DNA of 64,000 bases, from NCBI GenBank assembly GCA_964016885.1, contig OZ024744.1, positions 24,242,001-24,306,000 of the forward strand, given 5' to 3'. A program made the translations under genes and the position numbers. Of the stretch, positions 28,701 through 43,700 are shown piece after piece (position 1 is the stretch's first letter; each line of letters opens with the position of its first letter). The DNA comes from Eledone cirrhosa. Its lineage: Eukaryota. The notes beneath the pieces are model-generated. The model did no database searches. It was not told the origin of the DNA and saw only the letters and a list, made by a program, of their open reading frames with translations.

Positions 28701-31700
28701 TGAATCTTAAGAACTAATTCGTTTTAACAACAGTTCAAACTTAAGAACAGACTCGTATTAACAACAGTTGAATCTTATTATAAAACTCATTTTAACAACA
28801 GTTCAACCTTAAGAACTGACTCGTTTTAACAACAGTTGAATCTTCAAATAAACCTCGTTTTAACAACAGTTGCATCTTAAGAACTGGCTCGTTTAAACAA
28901 CAGTTGAATCTTAAGATAAAACTCGTTTTAACAACAGTTGAATCTTAAGAACTGACTCGTTTTAACAACAGTTGAATCTTCAAATAAAACTCGTTTTAAC
29001 AACAGTTGAATCTTAAGAACTGACTCGTTTTAACAGCAGTCCAACCTTAAGAACTGACTCGTTTTAACAACAGTTGAATCTTCAAATAAAACTCGTTTTA
29101 ACAACAGTTGAATCTTAAGAATTGACTCGTTTTAACAACAGTTGAATCTTAAGACAAAACCCGTTTTAACAACAGTTGAATCTTAAGAACTGACTCGTTT
29201 TAACAACAGTTGAATCTTAAGATAAAACTCGTTTTAACAACAGTTGAATCTTAAGAACTGACTCGTTTTAACAACAGTTGAATCTTAAGATAAACTCGTT
29301 TTAACAACAGTTGAATTTTAAGAACTGACTCGTTTTAACAACAGCTGCATCTTAAGATAAAACTCGTATTAACAACAGTTGAATCATAAGAACTGACTCG
29401 TTTTAACAACAGTTGAATCTTAAGAACTGACTCGTTTTATAAACAGTTCAACCTTAAGAACTGACTCGTTTTAACAACAGTTGAATCTTAAAAACTGACT
29501 CGTTTTAACCGCAGCTGAATCTTATAATACAACTCTTTTTAACAACAGTTGAATCTTCAGATAAAACTCGTTTTAACAACAGATGATTCTCAAGAACTGA
29601 CTCGTTTTAACAACAGTTGAATCTTAAGATAAAACTCGTTTTAGCAACAGTTGAATCTTAAGAACTGACTCGTAATAACAACAATTGAATCTTAAGATAA
29701 CATTCGTTTTAACAACAGTTGCGTCTTAAGAACTGACTCGTTTTAACGACAGTTGAATCTTAAGATAAACCTCGTTTTAACAACGGTTGAATCTTAAGAA
29801 CTGACTCGTTTTATCAACAGTTCAACCTTAAGAACTGACTCATTTTAACAACAGTTAAATCTTCAAATAAAACCCGTTTTAACAACAGTTGAATGTTAAG
29901 AACTGATTCGTTTTAACAACAGCAGAATCTTAAGAACTGACTCGTTTTAACAACAGTTGAATCTTAAGATAAAATTCGTTTTAACAACAGTTGAATCTTA
30001 AGAACTGATTCGTTTTAACAACAGTTCAAACTTAAGAACTGACTCGTTTTAACAACAGTTGAATCTTAAGATAAAACTCGTTTTAACAACAGTTGAATCT
30101 TAAGAACTGTCTCGTTTTAACAACAGTTGAATCTTAAGAACTGACTCGTTTTAACAACAGTTGAATCTTAAGATAAAACTCGTTTTAACAACAGTTGAAT
30201 CTTAAGAACTGACTCGTTTTAACAACAGTTGAATCTTAAGATAAAACTCGTTTTAACAACAGTTGAATCTTAAGAACTGACTCGTTTTAACAACAGTTGA
30301 ATATTAAGAACTGATTCGTTTTAACAGCAGTTGAATCTTAATATAAAACTCGTTTTAACAACAGTTGAATCTTAAGATAAACCTCGTTTTAACAACGGTT
30401 GAATCTTAAGAACTGACTCGTTTTATCAACAGTTCAACCTTAAGAACTGACTCATTTTAACAACAGTTGAATCTTCAAATAAAACTCGTTTTAACAACAG
30501 TTGAATGTTAAGAACTGATTCGTTTTAACAACAGCTGAATCTTAAGATAAACTCGTTTTAACAACAGTTGAATCTTAAGATAAACCTCGTTTTAACAACA
30601 GTTTAATCTTAAGAACTGACTCGTTTTAACAACAGTTGAATCTTAAGAACTGATTCGTTTTAACAACAGTTCAAACTTAAGAACTGACTCGTTTTAACAA
30701 CAGTTGAATCTTAAGAACTGTCTCGTTTTAACAACAGTTGCATCTTAAGAACTTACTCGTTTTAACAACAGTTGAATCTTATGATAAAACTCATTTTAAC
30801 AACAGTTGAATCTTAAGATAAAACTCGTTTTAACAACAGTTGAATCTTAAGATAAAACTCGTTTTAACAGCAGTTGAATCTTAAGAACTGACTCGTTTTA
30901 ACAACAGTTGAATCTTAAGAACTGACTCGTTTTATAAACAGTTCAACCTTAAGAACTGACTCGTTTTAACAACAGTTGAATATTAAGAACTGATTCGTTT
31001 TAACAGCAGTTGAATCTTAATATAAAACTCGTTTTAACAACAGTTGAATCTTAAGATAAAACTAGTTTTAACAACAGTTGAATCTTAAGAACTGACTCGT
31101 TTTAATAACAGTTGAATCTTAAGATAGAACTCGTTTTAACAACAGTTGAATCTTAAGAACTGACTCGTTTTAACAACAGCTGAATTTTAAGATAAAACTC
31201 GTTTTAACAACAGTTGAATCTTAATAACTGACTTGTTTTATCAACAGTTCAACCTTAAGAACTGACTCATTTTAACAACAGTTGAATCTTCAAATAAAAC
31301 TCGTTTTAACAACAGTTGAATGTTAAGAACTGAATCGTTTTAACAACAGCTGAATCTTAAGATAAACTCGTTTTAACAACAGTTGAATCTTTAGATAAAC
31401 CTCGTTTTAACAACAGTTTAATCTTAAGAACTGAATCGTTTTAACAACAGTTGAATCTTAAGATAAAATCCGTTTTAACAATAGTTGAATCTTAAGAACT
31501 GATTCGTTTTAACAACAGTTCAAACTTAAGAACTGACTCGTTTTAACAACAGCTGAATCTTAAGATGAAACTCGTTTTAACAACAGTTGAATCTTAAGAA
31601 CTGACTCATTTTAACAACAGTTGAATCTTAAGATAAAATTTCATTTTAACAACAGTTGAATCTTGAAATAAAACTCGTTTTAACAACAGTTGAATCTTAA

Positions 31701-34700
31701 GAACTGACTCGTTTTAACAACAGTTGAATCTTAAGAACTGACTCGTTTTAACAACAATTCAACCTTAAGAACTGACTCGTTTTAACAACAGTTGAATCTT
31801 AAGAACTGACTCGTTTTAACAACAGTTGAATCTTCAAATAAAACTCGTTTTAACAACAGTTGAATCTTAAGAACTGACTCGTTTTAACAACAGTTGAGTC
31901 TTAAGATAAAACTCGTTTTAACAACAGTTGAATCTTAAGAACTGACTCGTTTTAACAACAGCTGAATCTTAAGATAAAACTCGTTTTAACAACAGTTGAA
32001 TCTTAAGAACTGACTCGTTTTAACAACAGTTCAACCTTAAGAACTGACTCGTTTTAACAACTGTTGAATCTTCAAATAAAACTCGTTTTAACAACAGTTG
32101 AATCTTAAGAATTGACTCGTTTTAACAACAATTAAATCTTAAGAACTGATTCGTTTTAACAAAAGTTGAGTCTTAAGATAAAACTCGTTTTAACAACAGT
32201 TGAATCTTAAGTACTGACTCGTTTTAACAACAGTTGAATCTTAAGATAAAATTCGTTTTAACAACAGTTGAATCTTAAGAACTGATTCGTTTTAACAACA
32301 GTTCAAACTTAAGAACAGACTCGTATTAACAACAGTTGAATCTTATTATAAAACTCATTTTAACAACAGTTCAACCTTAAGAACTGACTCGTTTTAACAA
32401 CAGTTGAATCTTCAAGTAAACCTCGTTTTAACAACAGTTGCATCTTAAGAACTGGCTCGTTTAAACAACAGTTGAATCTTAAGATAAAACTCGTTTTAAC
32501 AACAGTTGAATCTTAAGAACTGACTCGTTTTAACAACAGTTGAATCTTCAAATAAAACTCGTTTTAACAACAGTTGAATCTTAAGAACTGACTCGTTTTA
32601 ACAACAGTTGAATCTTAAGATAAAACTCGTTTTAACAACAGTTGAATCTTAAGAACTAATTCGTTTTAACAACAGTTCAAACTTAAGAACAGACTCGTAT
32701 TAACAACAGTTGAATCTTATTATAAAACTCATTTTAACAACAGTTCAACCTTAAGAACTGACTCGTTTTAACAACAGTTGAATCTTCAAATAAACCTCGT
32801 TTTAACAACAGTTGCATCTTAAGAACTGGCTCGTTTAAACAACAGTTGAATCTTAAGATAAAACTCGTTTTAACAACAGTTGAATCTTAAGAACTGACTC
32901 GTTTTAACAACAGTTGAATCTTCAAATAAAACTCGTTTTAACAACAGTTGAATCTTAAGAACTGACTCGTTTTAACAGCAGTCCAACCTTAAGAACTGAC
33001 TCGTTTTAACAACAGTTGAATCTTCAAATAAAACTCGTTTTAACAACAGTTGAATCTTAAGAATTGACTCGTTTTAACAACAGTTGAATCTTAAGACAAA
33101 ACCCGTTTTAACAACAGTTGAATCTTAAGAACTGACTCGTTTTAACAACAGTTGAATCTTAAGATAAACTCGTTTTAACAACAGTTGAATTTTAAGAACT
33201 GACTCGTTTTAACAACAGCTGCATCTTAAGATAAAACTCGTATTAACAACAGTTGAATCATAAGAACTGACTCGTTTTAACAACAGTTGAATCTTAAGAA
33301 CTGACTCGTTTTATAAACAGTTCAACCTTAAGAACTGACTCGTTTTAACAACAGTTGAATCTTAAGAACTGACTCGTTTTAACAACAGTTGAATCTTAAG
33401 AACTGATTCGTTTTAACAACAGTTCAAACTTAAGAGCTGACTCGTTTTAACAACAGTTGAATCTTAAGAACTGTCTCGTTTTAACAACAGTTGAATCTTA
33501 AGAACTTACTCGTTTTAACAACAGTTGAATCTTATGATAAAACTCATTTTAACAACAGTTGAATCTTAAGATAAAACTCGTTTTAACAACAGTTGAATCT
33601 TAAGAACTGACTCGTTTTAACAACAGTTGAATCTTAAGATAAAACTCGTTTTAACAGCAGTTGAATCTTAAGAACTGACTCGTTTTAACAACAGTTGAAT
33701 CTTAAGAACTGACTCGTTTTATAAACAGTTCAACCTTAAGAACTGACTCGTTTTAACAACAGTTGAATATTAAGAACTGATTCGTTTTAACAGCAGTTGA
33801 ATCTTAATATAAAACTCGTTTTAACAACAGTTGAATCTTAAGATAAAACTAGTTTTAACAACAGTTGAATCTTAAGAACTGACTCGTTTTAATAACAGTT
33901 GAATCTTAAGATAGAACTCGTTTTAACAACAGTTGAATCTTAAGAACTGACTCGTTTTAACAACAGCTGAATTTTAAGATAAAACTCGTTTTAACAACAG
34001 TTGAATCTTAATAACTGACTTGTTTTATCAACAGTTCAACCTTAAGAACTGACTCATTTTAACAACAGTTGAATCTTCAAATAAAACTCGTTTTAACAAC
34101 AGTTGAATGTTAAGAACTGAATCGTTTTAACAACAGCTGAATCTTAAGATAAACTCGTTTTAACAACAGTTGAATCTTAAGATAAACCTCGTTTTAACAA
34201 CAGTTTAATCTTAAGAACTGAATCGTTTTAACAACAGTTGAATCTTAAGATAAAATCCGTTTTAACAATAGTTGAATCTTAAGAACTGATTCGTTTTAAC
34301 AACAGTTCAAACTTAAGAACTGACTCGTTTTAACAACAGCTGAATCTTAAGATGAAACTCGTTTTAACAACAGTTGAATCTTAAGAACTGACTCATTTTA
34401 ACAACAGTTGAATCTTAACATAAAATTTCATTTTAACAACAGTTGAATCTTGAAATAAAACTCGTTTTAACAACAGTTGAATCTTAAGAACTGACTCGTT
34501 TTAACAACAGTTGAATCTTAAGAACTGACTCGTTTTAACAACAGTTGAATCTTAAGATAAAATTCGTTTTAACAACAGTTGAATCTTAAGAACTGATTCG
34601 TTTTAACAACAGTTCAAACTTAAGAACTGACTCGTTTTAACAACAGTTGAATCTTAAGATAAAACTCGTTTTAACAACAGTTGAATCTTAAGAACTGTCT

Positions 34701-37700
34701 CGTTTTAACAACAGTTGAATCTTAAGAACTGACTCGTTTTAACAACAGTTGAATCTTAAGATAAAACTCGTTTTAACAACAGTTGAATCTTAAGAACTGA
34801 CTCGTTTTAACAACAGTTGAATCTTAAGATAAAACTCGTTTTAACAACAGTTGAATCTTAAGAACTGACTCGTTTTAACAACAGTTGAATATTAAGAACT
34901 GATTCGTTTTAACAGCAGTTGAATCTTAATATAAAACTCGTTTTAACAACAGTTGAATCTTAAGATAAACCTCGTTTTAACAACGGTTGAATCTTAAGAA
35001 CTGACTCGTTTTATCAACAGTTCAACCTTAAGAACTGACTCATTTTAACAACAGTTGAATCTTCAAATAAAACTCGTTTTAACAACAGTTGAATGTTAAG
35101 AACTGATTCGTTTTAACAACAGCTGAATCTTAAGATAAACTCGTTTTAACAACAGTTGAATCTTAAGATAAACCTCGTTTTAACAACAGTTTAATCTTAA
35201 GAACTGACTCGTTTTAACAACAGTTGAATCTTAAGAACTGATTCGTTTTAACAACAGTTCAAACTTAAGAACTGACTCGTTTTAACAACAGTTGAATCTT
35301 AAGAACTGTCTCGTTTTAACAACAGTTGAATCTTAAGAACTTACTCGTTTTAACAACAGTTGAATCTTATGATAAAACTCATTTTAACAACAGTTGAATC
35401 TTAAGATAAAACTCGTTTTAACAACAGTTGAATCTTAAGAACTGACTCGTTTTAACAACAGTTGAATCTTAAGATAAAACTCGTTTTAACAGCAGTTGAA
35501 TCTTAAGAACTGACTCGTTTTAACAACAGTTGAATCTTAAGAACTGACTCGTTTTATAAACAGTTCAACCTTAAGAACTGACTCGTTTTAACAACAGTTG
35601 AATATTAAGAACTGATTCGTTTTAACAGCAGTTGAATCTTAATATAAAACTCGTTTTAACAACAGTTGAATCTTAAGATAAAACTAGTTTTAACAACAGT
35701 TGAATCTTAAGAACTGACTCGTTTTAATAACAGTTGAATCTTAAGATAGAACTCGTTTTAACAACAGTTGAATCTTAAGAACTGACTCGTTTTAACAACA
35801 GCTGAATTTTAAGATAAAACTAGTTTTAACAACAGTTGAATCTTAATAACTGACTTGTTTTATCAACAGTTCAACCTTAAGAACTGACTCATTTTAACAA
35901 CAGTTGAATCTTCAAATAAAACTCGTTTTAACAACAGTTGAATGTTAAGAACTGAATCGTTTTAACAACAGCTGAATCTTAAGATAAACTCGTTTTAACA
36001 ACAGTTGAATCTTAAGATAAACCTCGTTTTAACAACAGTTTAATCTTAAGAACTGAATCGTTTTAACAACAGTTGAATCTTAAGATAAAATCCGTTTTAA
36101 CAATAGTTGAATCTTAAGAACTGATTCGTTTTAACAACAGTTCAAACTTAAGAACTGACTCGTTTTAACAACAGCTGAATCTTAAGATGAAACTCGTTTT
36201 AACAACAGTTGAATCTTAAGAACTGACTCATTTTAACAACAGTTGAATCTTAAGATAAAATTTCATTTTAACAACAGTTGAATCTTGAAATAAAACTCGT
36301 TTTAACAACAGTTGAATCTTAAGAACTGACTCGTTTTAACAACAGTTGAATCTTAAGAACTGACTCGTTTTAACAACAATTCAACCTTAAGAACTGACTC
36401 GTTTTAACAACAGTTGAATCTTAAGAACTGACTCGTTTTAACAACAGTTGAATCTTCAAATAAAACTCGTTTTAACAACAGTTGAATCTTAAGAACTGAC
36501 TCGTTTTAACAACAGTTGAGTCTTAAGATAAAACTCGTTTTAACAACAGTTGAATCTTAAGAACTGACTCGTTTTAACAACAGTTGAATCTTCAAATAAA
36601 ACTCGTTTTAACAACAGTTGAATCTTAAGAACTGACTCGTTTTAACAGCAGTCCAACCTTAAGAACTGACTCGTTTTAACAACAGTTGAATCTTCAAATA
36701 AAACTCGTTTTAACAACAGTTGAATCTTAAGAATTGACTCGTTTTAACAACAGTTGAATCTTAAGACAAAACCCGTTTTAACAACAGTTGAATCTTAAGA
36801 ACTGACTCGTTTTAACAACAGTTGAATCTTAAGATAAAACTCGTTTTAACAACAGTTGAATCTTAAGAACTGACTCGTTTTAACAACAGTTGAATCTTAA
36901 GATAAACTCGTTTTAACAACAGTTGAATTTTAAGAACTGACTCGTTTTAACAACAGCTGCATCTTAAGATAAAACTCGTATTAACAACAGTTGAATCATA
37001 AGAACTGACTCGTTTTAACAACAGTTGAATCTTAAGAACTGACTCGTTTTATAAACAGTTCAACCTTAAGAACTGACTCGTTTTAACAACAGTTGAATCT
37101 TAAAAACTGACTCGTTTTAACCGCAGCTGAATCTTATAATACAACTCTTTTTAACAACAGTTGAATCTTCAGATAAAACTCGTTTTAACAACAGATGATT
37201 CTCAAGAACTGACTCGTTTTAACAACAGTTGAATCTTAAGATAAAACTCGTTTTAGCAACAGTTGAATCTTAAGAACTGACTCGTAATAACAACAATTGA
37301 ATCTTAAGATAACATTCGTTTTAACAACAGTTGCGTCTTAAGAACTGACTCGTTTTAACGACAGTTGAATCTTAAGATAAACCTCGTTTTAACAACGGTT
37401 GAATCTTAAGAACTGACTCGTTTTATCAACAGTTCAACCTTAAGAACTGACTCATTTTAACAACAGTTAAATCTTCAAATAAAACCCGTTTTAACAACAG
37501 TTGAATGTTAAGAACTGATTCGTTTTAACAACAGCAGAATCTTAAGAACTGACTCGTTTTAACAACAGTTGAATCTTAAGATAAAATTCGTTTTAACAAC
37601 AGTTGAATCTTAAGAACTGATTCGTTTTAACAACAGTTCAAACTTAAGAACTGACTCGTTTTAACAACAGTTGAATCTTAAGATAAAACTCGTTTTAACA

Positions 37701-40700
37701 ACAGTTGAATCTTAAGAACTGTCTCGTTTTAACAACAGTTGAATCTTAAGAACTGACTCGTTTTAACAACAGTTGAATCTTAAGATAAAACTCGTTTTAA
37801 CAACAGTTGAATCTTAAGATAAACCTCGTTTTAACAACGGTTGAATCTTAAGAACTGACTCGTTTTATCAACAGTTCAACCTTAAGAACTGACTCATTTT
37901 AACAACAGTTGAATCTTCAAATAAAACTCGTTTTAACAACAGTTGAATGTTAAGAACTGATTCGTTTTAACAACAGCTGAATCTTAAGATAAACTCGTTT
38001 TAACAACAGTTGAATCTTAAGATAAACCTCGTTTTAACAACAGTTTAATCTTAAGAACTGACTCGTTTTAACAACAGTTGAATCTTAAGAACTGATTCGT
38101 TTTAACAACAGTTCAAACTTAAGAACTGACTCGTTTTAACAACAGTTGAATCTTAAGAACTGTCTCGTTTTAACAACAGTTGCATCTTAAGAACTTACTC
38201 GTTTTAACAACAGTTGAATCTTATGATAAAACTCATTTTAACAACAGTTGAATCTTAAGATAAAACTCGTTTTAACAACAGTTGAATCTTAAGATAAAAC
38301 TCGTTTTAACAGCAGTTGAATCTTAAGAACTGACTCGTTTTAACAACAGTTGAATCTTAAGAACTGACTCGTTTTATAAACAGTTCAACCTTAAGAACTG
38401 ACTCGTTTTAACAACAGTTGAATATTAAGAACTGATTCGTTTTAACAGCAGTTGAATCTTAATATAAAACTCGTTTTAACAACAGTTGAATCTTAAGATA
38501 AAACTAGTTTTAACAACAGTTGAATCTTAAGAACTGACTCGTTTTAATAACAGTTGAATCTTAAGATAGAACTCGTTTTAACAACAGTTGAATCTTAAGA
38601 ACTGACTCGTTTTAACAACAGCTGAATTTTAAGATAAAACTCGTTTTAACAACAGTTGAATCTTAATAACTGACTTGTTTTATCAACAGTTCAACCTTAA
38701 GAACTGACTCATTTTAACAACAGTTGAATCTTCAAATAAAACTCGTTTTAACAACAGTTGAATGTTAAGAACTGAATCGTTTTAACAACAGCTGAATCTT
38801 AAGATAAACTCGTTTTAACAACAGTTGAATCTTTAGATAAACCTCGTTTTAACAACAGTTTAATCTTAAGAACTGAATCGTTTTAACAACAGTTGAATCT
38901 TAAGATAAAATCCGTTTTAACAATAGTTGAATCTTAAGAACTGATTCGTTTTAACAACAGTTCAAACTTAAGAACTGACTCGTTTTAACAACAGCTGAAT
39001 CTTAAGATGAAACTCGTTTTAACAACAGATGAATCTTAAGAACTGACTCATTTTAACAACAGTTGAATCTTAAGATAAAATTTCATTTTAACAACAGTTG
39101 AATCTTGAAATAAAACTCGTTTTAACAACAGTTGAATCTTAAGAACTGACTCGTTTTAACAACAGTTGAATCTTAAGAACTGACTCGTTTTAACAACAAT
39201 TCAACCTTAAGAACTGACTCGTTTTAACAACAGTTGAATCTTAAGAACTGACTCGTTTTAACAACAGTTGAATCTTCAAATAAAACTCGTTTTAACAACA
39301 GTTGAATCTTAAGAACTGACTCGTTTTAACAACAGTTGAGTCTTAAGATAAAACTCGTTTTAACAACAGTTGAATCTTAAGAACTGACTCGTTTTAACAA
39401 CAGCTGAATCTTAAGATAAAACTCGTTTTAACAACAGTTGAATCTTAAGAACTGACTCGTTTTAACAACAGTTCAACCTTAAGAACTGACTCGTTTTAAC
39501 AACTGTTGAATCTTCAAATAAAACTCGTTTTAACAACAGTTGAATCTTAAGAATTGACTCGTTTTAACAACAATTAAATCTTAAGAACTGATTCGTTTTA
39601 ACAAAAGTTGAGTCTTAAGATAAAACTCGTTTTAACAACAGTTGAATCTTAAGTACTGACTCGTTTTAACAACAGTTGAATCTTAAGATAAAATTCGTTT
39701 TAACAACAGTTGAATCTTAAGAACTGATTCGTTTTAACAACAGTTCAAACTTAAGAACAGACTCGTATTAACAACAGTTGAATCTTATTATAAAACTCAT
39801 TTTAACAACAGTTCAACCTTAAGAACTGACTCGTTTTAACAACAGTTGAATCTTCAAGTAAACCTCGTTTTAACAACAGTTGCATCTTAAGAACTGGCTC
39901 GTTTAAACAACAGTTGAATCTTAAGATAAAACTCGTTTTAACAACAGTTGAATCTTAAGAACTGACTCGTTTTAACAACAGTTGAATCTTCAAATAAAAC
40001 TCGTTTTAACAACAGTTGAATCTTAAGAACTGACTCGTTTTAACAACAGTTGAATCTTAAGATAAAACTCGTTTTAACAACAGTTGAATCTTAAGAACTA
40101 ATTCGTTTTAACAACAGTTCAAACTTAAGAACAGACTCGTATTAACAACAGTTGAATCTTATTATAAAACTCATTTTAACAACAGTTCAACCTTAAGAAC
40201 TGACACGTTTTAACAACAGTTGAATCTTCAAATAAACCTCGTTTTAACAACAGTTGCATCTTAAGAACTGGCTCGTTTAAACAACAGTTGAATCTTAAGA
40301 TAAAACTCGTTTTAACAACAGTTGAATCTTAAGAACTGACTCGTTTTAACAACAGTTGAATCTTCAAATAAAACTCGTTTTAACAACAGTTGAATCTTAA
40401 GAACTGACTCGTTTTAACAGCAGTCCAACCTTAAGAACTGACTCGTTTTAACAACAGTTGAATCTTCAAATAAAACTCGTTTTAACAACAGTTGAATCTT
40501 AAGAATTGACTCGTTTTAACAACAGTTGAATCTTAAGACAAAACCCGTTTTAACAACAGTTGAATCTTAAGAACTGACTCGTTTTAACAACAGTTGAATC
40601 TTAAGATAAACTCGTTTTAACAACAGTTGAATTTTAAGAACTGACTCGTTTTAACAACAGCTGCATCTTAAGATAAAACTCGTATTAACAACAGTTGAAT

Positions 40701-43700
40701 CATAAGAACTGACTCGTTTTAACAACAGTTGAATCTTAAGAACTGACTCGTTTTATAAACAGTTCAACCTTAAGAACTGACTCGTTTTAACAACAGTTGA
40801 ATCTTAAGAACTGACTCGTTTTAACAACAGTTGAATCTTAAGAACTGATTCGTTTTAACAACAGTTCAAACTTAAGAACTGACTCGTTTTAACAACAGTT
40901 GAATCTTAAGAACTGTCTCGTTTTAACAACAGTTGAATCTTAAGAACTTACTCGTTTTAACAACAGTTGAATCTTATGATAAAACTCATTTTAACAACAG
41001 TTGAATCTTAAGATAAAACTCGTTTTAACAACAGTTGAATCTTAAGAACTGACTCGTTTTAACAACAGTTGAATCTTAAGATAAAACTCGTTTTAACAGC
41101 AGTTGAATCTTAAGAACTGACTCGTTTTAACAACAGTTGAATCTTAAGAACTGACTCGTTTTATAAACAGTTCAACCTTAAGAACTGACTCGTTTTAACA
41201 ACAGTTGAATATTAAGAACTGATTCGTGTTAACAGCAGTTGAATCTTAATATAAAACTCGTTTTAACAACAGTTGAATCTTAAGATAAAACTAGTTTTAA
41301 CAACAGTTGAATCTTAAGAACTGACTCGTTTTAATAACAGTTGAATCTTAAGATAGAACTCGTTTTAACAACAGTTGAATCTTAAGAACTGACTCGTTTT
41401 AACAACAGCTGAATTTTAAGATAAAACTCGTTTTAACAACAGTTGAATCTTAATAACTGACTTGTTTTATCAACAGTTCAACCTTAAGAACTGACTCATT
41501 TTAACAACAGTTGAATCTTCAAATAAAACTCGTTTTAACAACAGTTGAATGTTAAGAACTGAATCGTTTTAACAACAGCTGAATCTTAAGATAAACTCGT
41601 TTTAACAACAGTTGAATCTTAAGATAAACCTCGTTTTAACAACAGTTTAATCTTAAGAACTGAATCGTTTTAACAACAGTTGAATCTTAAGATAAAATCC
41701 GTTTTAACAATAGTTGAATCTTAAGAACTGATTCGTTTTAACAACAGTTCAAACTTAAGAACTGACTCGTTTTAACAACAGCTGAATCTTAAGATGAAAC
41801 TCGTTTTAACAACAGTTGAATCTTAAGAACTGACTCATTTTAACAACAGTTGAATCTTAAGATAAAATTTCATTTTAACAACAGTTGAATCTTGAAATAA
41901 AACTCGTTTTAACAACAGTTGAATCTTAAGAACTGACTCGTTTTAACAACAGTTGAATCTTAAGAACTGACTCGTTTTAACAACAGTTGAATCTTAAGAT
42001 AAAATTCGTTTTAACAACAGTTGAATCTTAAGAACTGATTCGTTTTAACAACAGTTCAAACTTAAGAACTGACTCGTTTTAACAACAGTTGAATCTTAAG
42101 ATAAAACTCGTTTTAACAACAGTTGAATCTTAAGAACTGTCTCGTTTTAACAACAGTTGAATCTTAAGAACTGACTCGTTTTAACAACAGTTGAATCTTA
42201 AGATAAAACTCGTTTTAACAACAGTTGAATCTTAAGAACTGACTCGTTTTAACAACAGTTGAATCTTAAGATAAAACTCGTTTTAACAACAGTTGAATCT
42301 TAAGAACTGACTCGTTTTAACAACAGTTGAATATTAAGAACTGATTCGTTTTAACAGCAGTTGAATCTTAATATAAAACTCGTTTTAACAACAGTTGAAT
42401 CTTAAGATAAACCTCGTTTTAACAACGGTTGAATCTTAAGAACTGACTCGTTTTATCAACAGTTCAACCTTAAGAACTGACTCATTTTAACAACAGTTGA
42501 ATCTTCAAATAAAACTCGTTTTAACAACAGTTGAATGTTAAGAACTGATTCGTTTTAACAACAGCTGAATCTTAAGATAAACTCGTTTTAACAACAGTTG
42601 AATCTTAAGATAAACCTCGTTTTAACAACAGTTTAATCTTAAGAACTGACTCGTTTTAACAACAGTTGAATCTTAAGAACTGATTCGTTTTAACAACAGT
42701 TCAAACTTAAGAACTGACTCGTTTTAACAACAGTTGAATCTTAAGAACTGTCTCGTTTTAACAACAGTTGAATCTTAAGAACTTACTCGTTTTAACAACA
42801 GTTGAATCTTATGATAAAACTCATTTTAACAACAGTTGAATCTTAAGATAAAACTCGTTTTAACAACAGTTGAATCTTAAGAACTGACTCGTTTTAACAA
42901 CAGTTGAATCTTAAGATAAAACTCGTTTTAACAGCAGTTGAATCTTAAGAACTGACTCGTTTTAACAACAGTTGAATCTTAAGAACTGACTCGTTTTATA
43001 AACAGTTCAACCTTAAGAACTGACTCGTTTTAACAACAGTTGAATATTAAGAACTGATTCGTTTTAACAGCAGTTGAATCTTAATATAAAACTCGTTTTA
43101 ACAACAGTTGAATCTTAAGATAAAACTAGTTTTAACAACAGTTGAATCTTAAGAACTGACTCGTTTTAATAACAGTTGAATCTTAAGATAGAACTCGTTT
43201 TAACAACAGTTGAATCTTAAGAACTGACTCGTTTTAACAACAGCTGAATTTTAAGATAAAACTAGTTTTAACAACAGTTGAATCTTAATAACTGACTTGT
43301 TTTATCAACAGTTCAACCTTAAGAACTGACTCATTTTAACAACAGTTGAATCTTCAAATAAAACTCGTTTTAACAACAGTTGAATGTTAAGAACTGAATC
43401 GTTTTAACAACAGCTGAATCTTAAGATAAACTCGTTTTAACAACAGTTGAATCTTAAGATAAACCTCGTTTTAACAACAGTTTAATCTTAAGAACTGAAT
43501 CGTTTTAACAACAGTTGAATCTTAAGATAAAATCCGTTTTAACAATAGTTGAATCTTAAGAACTGATTCGTTTTAACAACAGTTCAAACTTAAGAACTGA
43601 CTCGTTTTAACAACAGCTGAATCTTAAGATGAAACTCGTTTTAACAACAGTTGAATCTTAAGAACTGACTCATTTTAACAACAGTTGAATCTTAAGATAA